A stretch of 64,000 bases of DNA from Octopus vulgaris (GCA_951406725.2 OX597815.1:195796001-195860000), one strand, 5' to 3'. Counted from the first letter of the stretch, positions 25,388 to 39,449 are shown. The notes: generated by a model not told the origin, from the sequence alone. A program made the numbers and translations.

Positions 25388-26395
25388 TACAGGTATACAA
25401 GAGTATACCTGTAATGTTTGTTTATGCGAAAAAAGAAATGCATTGTTCGAAGCAATTACATTGTGGAAATCAATTTACTAATTGGCAGGGAAAGAGTTAT
25501 AATAATTAACATGCTTTGCAACATTTGTTATGAAGTGTACTATGAACGATTTCACTCCCAAAAGAAACCTGCAGAGAAATGAAAACAGTGTAAATTTAAA
25601 TTGGATTGAATTAAGCTCCTAAAAAATTGAGCATCAATAAAGATATCGACTCCGAAAATGAAATAAGTAAGCATTTACTTCACTTAAAGATGTTTAGCAA
25701 TTTATTTGTACAGACCGATAAGACTGAACATTTTTCTAAACTTGATTGAAATGCCTATAGCACAAATAAGCAACATCAAAAATACATATAAGTGAGCAAA
25801 AGCAATAAAAGATAAGGAAAATACTTAGCACACACTGATAAAAATACAAAACCACGTAGAGCACATTAATCAACGTAAGATATACCTCATGCTGAGAAAC
25901 CACAGAGATAATGTATAAGGGGAACCGAAAATGCAGATTTATCAAACAGATGTAAGGAAAATTTCGTATAGTTTGTGAAAAATACACTTCACACTACAAA
26001 TAAAAATATTAATCCTGTTGCGAAGCTAATAAAATAAAACTGCAGTTGCTACATAACAGGTATTTAAAATACTATAGAAAAATAGACTGAGATGTAGTTT
26101 CTCCCAGTGTGTCTTTGCAAAATTCTATAGATCCATAGCTGGAAAACATTTTTCATAAATCTAAAATTCTTAAAAATGCATACAGAAAAGTAGACTAGTC
26201 GAGCAATAGTATAATAGGATTCAAAATTATTATTAGGGACGATTTGTTTCACTAACGCCTGCGGCAAATTAAAGATAAACGATACATATGTGTGTCACCA
26301 TGTATGGATGAATATATATATACAGTATCTCTCTCTCTCTCTCTCTCTCACACACTATATATATATACTGCTTATTCCGATATATATATGATATA

Positions 26396-26433
<38 letters not shown>

Positions 26434-26435
<2 letters not shown>

Positions 26436-26536
26436 TTTATTTAAAGCAGCAGAAAATTCAACAAAACCTGTTACTCTGAGTTTCACGTTCCCGTTCGTCG
26501 GACAGTTTTTGCATATTGCATATTACTCTACTGGTA

Positions 26537-26617
<81 letters not shown>

Positions 26618-26760
26618 GGAGTAAGCACATAAATATGAAACAAGGTAGAAAAAAGAGTACACAAATACCAGAGGTGGAGTAATATGCTTTATTTAAAAGC
26701 AGCAGAAATATAACAAAAGCTGTTACTCAGAGTTTCACGTACTGCTGCTTTTAAATAAAG
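26434..26760 (-). mobile_element. Two Penelope-type fragments in (TA)n; hammerhead-like motif at 26463-26510; inverted repeat at 26687-26760
   Basis: Minus strand actgt-CCGACGA-acg(ggaa)cgt-GAAA-ctcagag-TA-acag; ctttatttaaaagcagcag and its reverse complement. Confidence 0.65.
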
Positions 26761-26972
26761 TGTATATGCATATATATATAATATAAATAATATATAAATA
26801 TATGCATATATACATATATGTATATATGGGTAGAGGGCATCAAAAAAACGTTGAACACAATGAGAAACAAAAACAAAAACATCGAAAACGAACTTTTTTT
26901 CGCACAACAACAAAAACAAACAGAGAAACGAGACATGCAACATAAAGAATATTCCCCTTCATCAGTTTTCCC

Positions 26973-27004
<32 letters not shown>

Positions 27005-27005
<1 letters not shown>

Positions 27006-28370
27006 GCTTTCATGGCCATGATTTTGGCAAAAGCGTTATTTTTTGCTAAACATATATAAACATGCCTACGGCAAAATGTTGATTTGTTTGAGCGCGTTCG
27101 ACCATATTAACGAAGAATAATAACACACTTGATCCGTATGAACAATAAGGTGTGATACACAGTTATTCAATTTCCTCTCAGTATTTAAAATGGCGACCTC
27201 TGATTCGTTTAGGCATGCCGGAAACCAATGCTTGAGTCAGTTCTATATTTACAAATCTCCATTCTTGCTCTACGAGTGCATTCAACTTTTTATTATTTGT
27301 TGGCTTTTCTCTCTCGGATTTTAAGGATGGGCCACAAATTTTCAATGGGATTTAAACTTGTTGAAATTCCCAACCAAGGTTCCAAAACTTCAATACCTTT
27401 TTCTCCAAGATACTTTTTAATTTTTGTATTTGTGCAGCAAGGAGCTCCAGCTTGTTGGAGAGGGCAAATTTCTTAGCCAAACTGCCTTTCAATGGTTTTT
27501 AAGGATATTTTGGTACCATGTAGAATTCATGGAAGTGTATTTCGGCAAAAATTACAGCTATCCAATGCCCTTGGATGAAAGGCAACCCCACACATGAATG
27601 GCTTCTGGATGCTTGAGCGCGGATACGATACAGGCCTCATCATAGCGCTCAGTTTCTTGCCTTCTGACGAGCCTTTTTGCAGATGTCCCAAACAGTGCTT
27701 CATCAGAAAAAATCACTTTGTCCCATTGGTCACAAGACCAATTTTTATATTTTCTGCTAACGGCAAGGCTGTCCATCTTTGAAGCAGTCCGTGAAGCGAG
27801 GCCGTTGTCAAGAAGCCGTCGATGAATTGTCCGAGAAGAAGCGCTGACTCCGGCTGATTTCCACTCTTTAGCAAGCTGTTTGCTGCCAGCAATTCGATTC
27901 CTCAATGAATTTCTCATCAAAGCACTATCTTATCGGTCAGAGGTCAGACATTGACGACCAGAGTCCTTCTTCAGCGTCATGGATCCTGTTTCTTTGAAAG
28001 ATTTTATAATCCTCTTCGCAGTTCTTTCAGGTGAAATGCCTTTAGCAACAATAACCATTTTGGTAACGTTTTTCTTTTGCCGGTACCGTCCCTGCAATAG
28101 AAGAAAATAAAATTTCAATTTTTTGTGAGGTAAAAGAGTATTTCTTAATTTAGAATCAGTCATAAAAGGTTCACAACAACATACATAACTTGCCCGATTA
28201 TTTTGATTATTAATTATTAGTTTGCATGCCATTCCAATATAAAATCATGAAGAGGAATGTGATCTTCACTTGTAGCAAATATAACCAATTCCGCAAACTG
28301 ATGATTATTTGCAATATCTATCGGTTTTCAATAGATTTTCTTTCAAATTGTATTGGATAACAGTTAACTT
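27005..28370 (-). pseudogene. Tc1-like transposase pseudogene
   Basis: HTH-like RIIKSFKETGS..SGR, WDKVIFSDE, VWGCLSSKGIG, LNPIENLW at ~27330-27355; TIR remnant tcatggccatgattttggca next to TA; stops and frameshifts. Confidence 0.88.
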
Positions 28371-28419
28371 GTTAAAAAAAATAATATTAATTCATCAACA
28401 TTCACATACTCTCTTTCTC

Positions 28420-28833
28420 TTTACTCTCTCTTTTACTCTTTCACTTGTTTCAGTCATTTGACTGCGGCCATACTGGAGCACCATCTTTAATCGAGCAACT
28501 CGACCCCGGAACTTATTCTTTGTAAGCCCAGTATTTATTCTATCGGGCTCTTTTGCCGAACCGCTAAGTGACGGGGACGTAAACACACCAGCATCTGTTG
28601 TCAAGCGATGTTGGAGGGGACAAACACAGACACACAAATACACACGCATATATATATGTACATATACATATATACAACGGGATTCTTTCAGTTTCCGTCT
28701 ACCAAATCCACTCACAAGGCTTTGGTTGGCCCGAGGCTATAGTAGAAGACACTTGCCCAAGGTGCCACGTAGTGGGACTGAACCCGGAACCACGTGGTTG
28801 GTAAGCAAGCTACTTACCACACAGCCATTCCTA
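28420..28833 (-). mobile_element. SINE-A
   Basis: Full copy. Confidence 0.9.
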
Positions 28834-29062
28834 CACATATATTTTTACGATTTTTAGTCATTATACTCTGGCCATGATGGAGCACTGGCTTTACGTTTTA
28901 GTCGAATGAATCGACCCCAGTACTTATTCTATCGGGTTCTTTTGGCGAACACCACTGTTACGGAGATGCAACCACATCAACCGGTCAAGTGCAGGTGGTG
29001 ATGGTGGGGACTAACGCACAAAGACACACACATATATATATACATGCATATATATATATATA

Positions 29063-29586
29063 TATATAATATTAATTAGAGACAAAACCACTATTTTGAA
29101 AAACAAATAAGGAAAGACTTAATCAATGTATGTATTTAGATATGGTTATATATAATTAGTTATATGTGTATGGGTGTATATATAGTTTATTTTTATTTTG
29201 TTTTATATTTAATTGTTGATAGGTTTATTTTAGGTTATATATTGATTATATATGGATTATATATAGGTTATATATAGATTATATATTTATATTTTTTCAT
29301 TGATACTTTAATTATTTTAAAATTATTTTTTATACTTATATTTTAAAATATTGATATTTTAGATCGGAAATCCACCTGAAGATTGTCGATCAAAACATGA
29401 AACAATTGTAGTGGCGGTTTTTTTACTTTTTATTAAAATTTTATGTATTGATTAAGTCTTTCCCTGTTTGTTTTGCAAAATAGTGGTTTTGTCTCTAATT
29501 AATATTATATAATATTTTACTATAAAATTTGATTTAATCCTAAATCTGATTTTTTCCCTGTAAATTTGGATTTATTCCCTAATATT

Positions 29587-29590
<4 letters not shown>
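29063..29590 (+). mobile_element. Penelope-type element with ~65-bp inverted repeats and a hammerhead
   Basis: Arms 29063-29130 and 29443-29510; embedded in (TA)n. Confidence 0.75.
29372..29414 (+). ncRNA. Minimal type I hammerhead ribozyme motif
   Basis: ccac-CTGAAGA-ttgtcgatcaaaacat-GAAA-caattg-TA-gtgg; stem I ccac/gtgg, palindromic stem III. Confidence 0.72.
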
Positions 29591-29636
<46 letters not shown>

Positions 29637-30165
29637 GTATATGCGATGGGCTTTTTACAGCTTCCGCCAACTAAATCCACTCACAAGACTTTGGTCGGCC
29701 CGAGGTTATTGTGGAAGATACTGGCCCAAGGTTCCACGCAGTGGGTGAGAAGCTGCCTTCTTACCTCACAGCCATACCTGCGACAAAATACACCCCCACA
29801 TACCCACACACAATTGTGCTGTAATGTAACAAACTACTATTTCATAGTAAGTTAAATCTTTACTATGACAGTTAATGTTTTAACCTGCCATAAGATCTTT
29901 CTGAAGTGTCATATGTCAATAATAATTGTGCTGAAAACATGATATGTTGCAGCACAATCATATCTGTAAGTGTGATCGTGTATACGCGTATTATGGATGA
30001 TGTGATGTCGATAATGTTCTTGATATGGATTACGAAACCGCTTTCAACTAATAGAGTAAACACATGCTCCCTAATTTCACCTTTGTTATATGATCAAATT
30101 ATACATACATGCCCGCGCATACACATACACACACACACATGTATGTATATATACATACATATAGA

Positions 30166-30397
30166 AGGCAGCGAGCTGGCAGAAACGTTAGCACGCCGGC
30201 GAAATACTTAGCAGTATTTCGTCTGCCGTTACGTTCTGATTTCAAAACTCCCGCCGAGGTCGACTTTCCTTTTTATCCCTTCGGGGTCGATAAATTAAGT
30301 ACCAGTTATGCACTGGGGTCGATGTAATCGACTTAATCCCTTTGTCTGTCCCTTGTTTGTTCCCTCTATATTTAGCCCCTTGTTAGCAATAAAGAAA
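30166..30397 (+). mobile_element. SINE-B
   Basis: Full copy. Confidence 0.88.
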
Positions 30398-30498
30398 TAA
30401 TATCTATATACATATAAGGTGAGATACAAAATACATATGTATATGAACACTTGAATGCAACATTTTTTCCACTATTAATGGATAGTATCATATTTGCA

Positions 30499-30906
30499 TA
30501 CTCTTTTACTCTTTTAGTTGTTTCAGTCATTTGACTGCGGCAATGCTGGAGCACCGCCTTTAGTCGAGCAAATAGACCCCGGGACTTATTCTTTGTAAGC
30601 CCAGTACTTATTCTATCGGTCTCTTTTGCCGAAGCGCTAAGTGACCGGGACGTAAACACACCAGCATCGGTTGTCAAGCAATGCTAGGGGGACAAACACA
30701 GACACACAAACATATACACACACACTTATATACATATACATATATACGACAGGTTTCTTTCAGTTTCCGTCTACCAAATCCACTCACAAGGCATTGGTCG
30801 GCCCGGGGCTATAGCAGAAGACACTTGCCCAAGATGCCACGCAGTGGGATTGAACCCGGAACCATGTGGTTGGTTAGCAAGCTACTTACCACACAGCCAC
30901 TCCTGC
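30499..30906 (-). mobile_element. SINE-A (near-identical to 34442-34861)
   Basis: Same internal microsatellite and diagnostic bases. Confidence 0.9.
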
Positions 30907-31065
30907 ATGTATATAATATTTTATTTTTTAATGCCTCAGCAAATTGTTCTGCGTCTAACTTGGCCGTATAAAAGAGCGTTGTGGTCTTAGGAGAAAGATA
31001 AGCATAAGTCTGCTACAATTATCATTTAAAAAGTACAATTATTATTATTTTTTTAATAATAAATA

Positions 31066-31313
31066 CACCCTTTTAAAGCCTAGCCAGGCTCATGGGCCCG
31101 GTTTCCCGGTTTCTATGGCGTGTGTGCTCTCACCAGCTGGACGGGACGCCAGTCCATCGCAGTATTACTCATTTTTGCCAGCTGAGTGGACTGGAGCAAC
31201 GTTAAATGACGTGTTTTGCTCAAGAACACAACGCGTCGCCGTGTCCAGGAATCGAAACCACAATCTTACGATCATGATGCTGACACCCTAACAACTAAGC
31301 CACGCACCTCCAC
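31066..31313 (-). mobile_element. SINE-C1
   Basis: Reverse complement of 17313-17574; TSD acaatt(a/g)ttatta. Confidence 0.87.
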
Positions 31314-31510
31314 ACAATTGTTATTAATACTAATACTAAGATAATGAAAGGAAGTCAAAAATATCACAGTCTGTTAGCAGAAACGTTTGAAAAATTGCGC
31401 AATGTACCTCGGCAGTTATATGGATAGGACACATCATATCATTTAACTTCCTTCTTCAGCTTGTATAACCTGCACTTTATATGGATCTCACATTATTTCA
31501 TGATATTGGA

Positions 31511-31730
31511 AGGTGGCGAGATGTCAAAACCGTTAGCTCCCCGGGAAGAATGCTTAGCGGTATTTCGTCTGCCGTTACGTTCTGAGTTCAAATTCCGCCG
31601 AGGTCGACCTTCTCTTTCATCATCTCGGGACGGATGAAATAAGTATCAGTTGTACACTGGAATCGATATAAGCGACTAATTTGTCCCTAAAAACTACTGG
31701 CCTTTTGCCAAATGTAGAACCATCATTTCA
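31511..31730 (+). mobile_element. Degenerate SINE-B
   Basis: ggtatttcgtctgccgttacgttctgagttcaaattccgccgaggtcgac. Confidence 0.75.
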
Positions 31731-32680
31731 TGATATTATCACTCTACAAGGTGCTTATTTTTTCTTGTCATTATCTAAATAAACATTTCCCAGGGAACGT
31801 TTCATCCACCTGCCTGCTACTCGCAGTGAGTGGATGACAATAAAAACACAGCGGTTGTACACCACCCTGATACCCGATTCCCGTAAAATATAGTATCGTT
31901 ATCAAAAAGAAGTCCTTTAATCCTTTATGGCAATTCTCTTGGCCCTAATGTATAGAACTATAAACTGTATTTGTAAAAGGACAAAAAATGAAATACGCAG
32001 TTTACACAAGATAAATGTAAGGTTTCCTACTTTATTCCAATATAGCGTCATAGGATAAAAACTTTAAAATAGATAGGGATAATCCCTGAGTCATATCGAT
32101 CCATAGGTCTGCTGGTCCGTCGCACTTTTACTCATTTTTGGCCTGCTGAGTGGACTAGCAACATGAAATAAAGTGCTTTGCTTAAGGACACAACGCGTCA
32201 CCCAGGTCAGAAATCGGGACTACATTCTTACGGTCATGAGTACATCACGCTAAACACTAAGCCACGCACCTCCACAAGAATCATATTATCGTATTTCCAT
32301 GCACAAGGTGCCAATTTTTCCGTGCAAATCCACTTGAAAATATCTTTCAATAAAAGTATTATGAAACGTGCTGAATTTGTGATTTTCGTTTCACAAGATA
32401 TACTCGTAAAATAGCGTCTGTCTCTTTTGTTTCAATGTATTTTATACACAGGGAAATACTTTAATTAGTGCGTAACTAAGTGAAAATCCGTATTTTCAGT
32501 TGTTGACTTGCAAATACAAGAGCCTAAGTATATTATGCTTAAGACAACTAATTATTACACTGAATTTTTTAATTCTATTATAGGAGTGTCAGCATTACTA
32601 TCAACAAATCCTCTCTTAATCGTACTTAAACCAATTATAATATCAGGATCACATAAGCCTGAATAATCTATTCCAGCATA

Positions 32681-32913
32681 TACCTATTTCTTTACTACCC
32701 ACAAGGGGCTAAGCACAGAGAGGACAAACAAGGACAGACAAACGGATTAAGTCGATTATATCGACCCCAGTGCGTAACTGGTACTTTATTTATCGACCCC
32801 GAAAGGATGAAAGGTAAAGTCGACCTCGGCGCAATTTGAACTCAGAACATAACCGCAGACGAAATACCGCTTAGCATTTCGCCCGGCGTGCTAACGTTTC
32901 TGCCAGCTCGCCA
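32681..32913 (-). mobile_element. SINE-B
   Basis: Full copy; TSD ccagcatatacc. Confidence 0.9.
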
Positions 32914-34441
32914 GCATATACCATGAGATAAGATGATTTCCTTAGGAAAGGTTTTTGATAATATTTTCTGATTGTAATATCTAAACGGCTTCGAATCTAA
33001 TCTCTCACACCAGTACAACCTCCTCTAAATATGCAGTTCATAGTCAACTGTGTTTAAATTCAAAATTTGATCAACAACGACATACTTCAATTACTATATT
33101 ATAAATTGTAAGAATTGCACACTTACATAAGATGTTTTTGTATATTTAGCAATGATTTCGTGAAGCTTATTGTTTGCAGAAATAAATTGTAAAAATGTAC
33201 ATATTACACTAAGCTCTATTTTTACATACTGGTTAGAAGTTTAAAATATCTCACCATATTCAGTATTTTTTTAATCTCTTTGCTAGTCTGTAGAACTTCG
33301 TATCTAATTTCCTGCCTCTATTTATAAATCTACTAAAGTCATGATATATTACCTTGTTATAAAGCTCTGTCTGTGTAGCACTATGTGAAATTGCGTATCA
33401 ATATATTCGTCAATAATTTATGTTTTAACCAGCATGTACGTTATTTGTCTGCATATTATTGTGTTTCTACATCCAGACAAAATGACATGCTTCAGTAGTT
33501 TTTGTTGCAGGAGATCATTTTACATGCAGTGGTGAGGTTTTTTTGTTTTGTTTTTACCTTAGCTTTTGGGTACAGTAAAACTTTTATGTTACTGAGGAAT
33601 GTTAGTCTTCCTTGTTTTACTACGAGTGCGTCTGTATCAGTGTAAATATTCGTGGATGGTGTTGTTTACCACACTTGTTTACTAAAAATATAACTCCGTG
33701 CGTGTGTTTATGAGTTCTGCATTATTTACTTTGAACACAGTTTCTACACTATTTCTGTAACTCTATCTCTATGTGCATGAGTAAATAACTGTGTGATTAC
33801 ACATAGACACACACGTACACTTACACACAAACACACAAACGTATACACATAAACACATACACACAAACACAGAAACGCATACACACAAACGTATACACAC
33901 AAACACACATACGCACACATGTTCTTTTATATTTTGTGTAGTGCAGTCGAATAATCTGCTATTTATGTCCATCATGTTATGTCATTGATACTGAAATGAA
34001 AAAATTGAAGGAAATTGGTTTACCTCCATGGAATAACTTGCTGAATATGTTAAACATTTACAGACTGCTTTTCATTGTTGCGATATTTTTTCAGGTTCAA
34101 TATGTATTGGAATTAATTTAGATTTTCAATATGAAGGGTTTCAATGAAATCAGAATTTTTTTGCAGCAGAGTGTATTCAATAAAATATATTTCAATACTC
34201 TATCGAAAAGAAGCCAGGTGATTGCATTCTCTGCTTTAGAGATAAAAGCAGGCCTTAGATATGTATCGAAAAGAATCTAGTTGATTGTATTTTCTGATTT
34301 ATAAAAGTGGTAATTTGTTAACGTTTCTAGCTACTTTCTTGAATACTATACACGCTTTTATTCAACTGCAGTAATACAACAACAGTGAAACTAAAAAAAA
34401 ACTTTCGCTGAGTAAGAATCTGATGACTATAGTAAAAGCAA

Positions 34442-34861
34442 TACTCTTTACTCTTTTACTCTTTTACTTGTTTCAATCATTTGACTGCAGCCATGCTGGA
34501 GCACCGCCTTTAGTCGAGTAAATCGACCCCGGGACTTATTCTTTGTAAGCCCAGTACTTATTCTATCGGTCTCTTTTGCCGAACCGCTAAGTGACGGGGA
34601 CGTAAACACACCAGCATCGGTTGTCAAGCAATGCTAGGGGGACAAACACAGACACACAAACATATACACACACACTTATATACATATACATATATACGAC
34701 AGGTTTCTTTCAGTTTCCGTCTACCAAATCCACTCACAAGGCATTGGTCGGCCCGGGGCTATAGCAGAAGACACTTGCCCAAGATGCCACGCAGTGGGAT
34801 TGAACCCGGAACCATGTGGTTGGTTAGCAAGCTACTTACCACACAGCCACTCCTGCGCCTA
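34442..34861 (-). mobile_element. SINE-A
   Basis: Full copy. Confidence 0.9.
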
Positions 34862-34870
34862 TATATATAT

Positions 34871-35218
34871 ATACAAACTGGGACAAGAACGCAAAGCATT
34901 TAGGAGACGATACAAAAAACACAGACGGGGCATTCGAAGCCTTCAATCTTCAGTCAAAAACCGGATCGTCCTCGCAATTTCGGCTGATTAATCTTGAGAT
35001 TGCTCCGATCTGGCCAGCTCCAAAGGAAAATCTAAGCCAAGAGCATTAGATTCCTTAGAAGAAAGCCTCGAATGTATACAAAACAAGGACGGAAAAACGG
35101 ACGAGGTTACACGAATAAGATGATCCGGTTCTTGACTGAAGATTGAAGGCTTCGAATGTCCCGTACGTGTTTTTTGTATCGTTTTCTAAAAGTTTTGCGT
35201 TCTTGTCCCAGTTTGTAT
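34871..35218. mobile_element. (TA)n-embedded element with ~100-bp inverted repeats (Penelope-type, inferred)
   Basis: atacaaactgggacaagaacgcaaa...ccggatcgtc (34871-34970) versus 35119-35218. Confidence 0.75.
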
Positions 35219-35270
35219 TCTTTACACACATATATATATATATATATAGCGAGGCTCGTACCCCTTTGGT

Positions 35271-35308
<38 letters not shown>

Positions 35309-37522
35309 CATACAAAATTAAGTGGAATGTCCACTAAAGTGGACTCCTAATATGCTAAATGTAGACGTCAAATCGGCATTACCACGAAGAATGTTTTCTC
35401 AAGAAAAATCTCAGCAAAACGCCAAAATGTAAAAATGAGCAAGACAAATGAAAATATACGAAATTAAAAAAAAATTATTCTTCCGATAAAAATACCAATT
35501 GGTTATTTGCGGTGTCTTATTTAGTGCACATTGTGATATCCTTATCGTCAGTGGGAGTGTAGACGTAGTTAAATTCAGCCTGCTAGCAAAACATTTTTTT
35601 TTTTTTTGCAAACAAACAATGTTAAGATAGGGACTGTTTTATCTTCCATCAAAACATTTATTGTGTGAAATATTAAACCTCTACGCCGCAAAAGACATTA
35701 AAGAGAGGTGGAAACGATTAACAGCATCTACATATTTGCACAATGGATTTGGAGGTTTATATATTTGAGAAAACATAAATAGTTTGAAACTATATGCTAT
35801 GTTTGTTTAACCACATGTATTTGCATGAAAAATAGACAATGTTCCAAGTATAATCTTGAATTGCTATTCAGTATCTAAATTTTAAAGTTGCAATGAATTT
35901 TGTAACATAAGCTTTCAATTTATATTTGTAAAAACGAAACTTTTGTTCCATGGCGATTGCGGAAAGAGTTGTAGTTTTCTAATGAATGCACGCGAAAGAC
36001 AATTCTTTTATAGTCTTGATAAATTTATCGTAGAATTCTGGCTCTGCAAAGAATTATTACGTCAACTGATAAGAATTTGTTTCAGGTTGATTCTTCAATT
36101 ATCATCTTACTTCCGTGGTTTTATTCCAACACCAGGTTATTATTCATACATTAGCACTTTGTACTTTACAAGAGGAAGCTTAACAAAAATGTGGCTCATA
36201 TTTAGATCTTTGGGTAGTAAACAGAAATAAACAATAATTAACTGCCGCAAATCCTCCAGATTATCAAATAAGCTAGATGATAGGTATATACAAAATAGCT
36301 CCCTTAATTCCACCTTAATTAACGCATTAGAAAGTAATAAAAGTAACCCTTTCTACAATAGGCACACAACCTGGAATTTGAGGAGAGGGGCAGATCGATT
36401 ACTTCGACCCCAGTTCTCAAATGCTACTCATTTTATCAACCCTGAAAGAATGAAAGGTAAAGTCTACCACAGCGGAATTCGAACTCAATAAAGTACGAGA
36501 AGAAATTCCGCGTTCCATGCACGAACATCCCACCTTATATTCAGAGATATTTCATCAAGTAAGATAACATTCAATTTTCTACATTTCTTTTAATGTAGCA
36601 GTTTGTAACTTGGGAAGATTTTGGTACTATTCATAACTTTATAGCAAATCAAGCCATCATGAGTTAGACGACATTATCCTAAGATGGTTCATGCAATTTT
36701 TCGGTCTCTCCTCTCTCACACTATTTTTCTAACTTGATACATATTTTTATCGGGAGTGTGAATAGTGATTCCATAAACATACGTCCTCATCATCTCCAGC
36801 TTTAAAATGTTATATATTTCTTGCTCCAGTAGAACTTTCTTTTATTACATGATTTATTTTCACGTCTCATTTCCCGAGAATATTCGCTGTTGCATTTAAT
36901 ATGTGATATTCGGTATTGAGTTAACAAATCAAATAGTTATCTGGTCAACCAGCAGGTGATATACATACATGATGACTGTCTACTGGTTAGACGAGCATGA
37001 CCGCCGCTGACAGGTGGTGTAAGCAGTGCCTGTGTAAAGTTATTAAGACGAGGGAGGCTTATAATAAAAGACCATTACGACTCTAACTTGCAGTACCAAG
37101 GAGCCCAAAGACAAGCAAAGTGCAAGATATCTGGCTCAATAGAACAACAGATTTTATATACGAGTTACCCTTAACAAAGAGCAGGGTTCCCCATTCCCAC
37201 TACGTTCGCTACACTCTCGGAAACTGAGCCAATTTTTCTACATCCCGATGCTCATATGCTACTGTACTTATAGCTGGGACCTTAAGAGATGTTACTACTC
37301 TAGATCAAAGTGAACCACACGCACACACACACACGCACACACACACACACACATGCACACACACACACACACAAACACACATGCACACACACATACATGT
37401 GTATATATATGCGTAACTAGCCGAGTACACCTGTTTTGAGCAATTACTACTACCAAGGTTCTACTAGCTAGGAAGCATAAGGAACCTAAATTCTTTCGAC
37501 ACCAGTCCTTAAATTTGTATAT

Positions 37523-37622
<100 letters not shown>

Positions 37623-37740
37623 GTTTGTGTGTGTGTATAACTTTGTTATCTTTGATTGGTTTCGGTCAGGATAGGCCCAGATCATGTCTAACTCAATAAT
37701 ACCAACTGATGAAGTCTTTTAATCATATATAGGGCATATA

Positions 37741-37741
<1 letters not shown>

Positions 37742-37830
<89 letters not shown>

Positions 37831-37891
37831 CAATAACAAAAACAAAAACAACGACAACAACAACAGCAACAACAACAACAACAACAACAAC
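37742..37891. repeat. Compound trinucleotide microsatellite (TAC)n(TAA)n(CAA)n
   Basis: Direct reading. Confidence 0.92.
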
Positions 37892-37924
37892 AGGAATGAG
37901 AACCCCGGTTCGAAATTTCCTCAA

Positions 37925-37970
37925 GACACCTGATGAAGGCTGGAGGGTATATCAGCCGAAACGTTGTGTT
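37925..37970 (+). ncRNA. Minimal hammerhead ribozyme motif in a short repeat (37892-38060)
   Basis: gacac-CTGATGA-a-ggctg(gagggtatat)cagcc-GAAAC-GTT-gtgtt. Confidence 0.72.
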
Positions 37971-38218
37971 AACAACAAACGAGATGAGGACAAATATCCG
38001 CCAAATGTAAATAATGTAAATAAAGTACATAATTCCCCATCTCTTAAATATAGAACTGTATTACAAAGAATAGGTCCTGTGGTTGATTTGTTCGACTAAA
38101 TACTGTTCTTCAGCAAATAACTGAAACAAGTAAAAGAATTTTAAAAATTAAATAATATATGTGTGTGATGTGTTGGGCTGTAGTTACGTTAGAGATATTG
38201 AAGATGAGGAGAGAGAGA

Positions 38219-38260
<42 letters not shown>

Positions 38261-38586
38261 GATACCGACAGACAGAGAAAAGACTGGCAGATCTGTCCGA
38301 AGAGAAAAATGAAGCTCTTAGGACACACATTGTATAGTGTTTTTGTCCGTGCGATACGAAGTCCCATTAACATGTACGAGGGAAACTAGTCACAATATTG
38401 ACGCTACTATTAACGTAAAGAAATCCACCATTTATCCTAATAGTATTACATATGACATGTGCCATGTGTCTCTCATTCACGAAAAGAGATGCAAACCTGA
38501 CACTTAAGAAACAAGACTATATTTAATAAGCCGGGCAAGTGTACGTTTCGTTCCTCTGAGTGCGTTACAATAAGAAGAGTGGAAAA

Positions 38587-39184
38587 GGCGTCGCGCTGGC
38601 AGAATCGTTAGCACGCCGGGCGAAATGCGTAGCCGTATTTCGTCTACCATTACGTTCTGAGTTCAAATTCCGCCGAGGTCGACTTCGCCTTTCATCCTTT
38701 CGGGGTCGATAAATTAAGTACCAGTTACGCACTGGAGTCGATGTAATCGATTTAATCCGTTTGTCTGTCCTTGTGTGTCCTCTCTGTGTTTAGCCCCTTT
38801 TGGGTAGTAAAGAAATAGGTATTTCGTCTGTCGCTGCGTTATGAGTTCAGATTCGGCCGAGGTCGACTTTGCTTTTCATCCTTTCGGGGTCGATAAATTA
38901 AGTACCAGTTACGCACTGGAGTCAATGTAATCAACTTAATCCGTTTGTCTGTCCTTGTTTGTCCTCTGTGTTTAGCCCCCTTGTGGGTAGTAAAGAAATA
39001 GGTATTTCGTCTGCCGCTGCGTTATGAGTTCAGATACCGCCGAGGTCGACTTTGCCTTTCATCCTTTCGGGATCGATTAAATAAGTACCAGTTACGCACT
39101 GGGGTAGATATAATCGACTTAATCCGTTTGTCTGTCCTTGTTTGTCCCCTCTGTGTGTAGCCCCTTTTGGGCAATAAAGAAATA
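38587..39184 (+). mobile_element. SINE-B trimer (one head plus two head-less units) with a single TSD pair
   Basis: Junctions aaagaaataGGTATTTCgtctg; aagagtggaaa on both flanks. Confidence 0.9.
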
Positions 39185-39449
39185 AGCAAGAGTGGAAATC
39201 TGTCCAATAAATAACATTCTCATGTAAAATTCTGTTATTTTACGGCCCGACTGTACAGAATATGGCAGTTCAACTTTACGATGTCGTTAGACTATGTAAT
39301 AATTAAGTAATTGTTCCGGTTCAATCAACTGACCTTGGCCACATGATTGTAGAATCGTACCTTAATTAGATACGATTAGTATTAATTGTGTTATGCGATA
39401 TTTGAACTATGCTCTGTCGTCGGAATGAATTAAACAGATTAAAGTACGT

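Larger units (their letters stand above)
28855..29780 (-). mobile_element. Old SINE-A split by an insertion in its internal (TA)n
   Basis: Tail half 28855-29040; head half 29640-29780. Confidence 0.7.

Noticed and set aside
33511-33531. Possible 21-nt micro-exon (ttgcag|...|gtgagg)
   Set aside because: Splice-like motifs occur by chance at this length; no supporting neighbouring exons
35134-35162. Hammerhead at CTGAAGA..GAAT (also partial motifs at ~26960, ~41790 and ~62820)
   Set aside because: GAAA, CUGANGA or stem I missing; cannot be supported
36985-37140. Solo LTR
   Set aside because: AATAAA and higher GC, but no clear TG..CA ends with TSD
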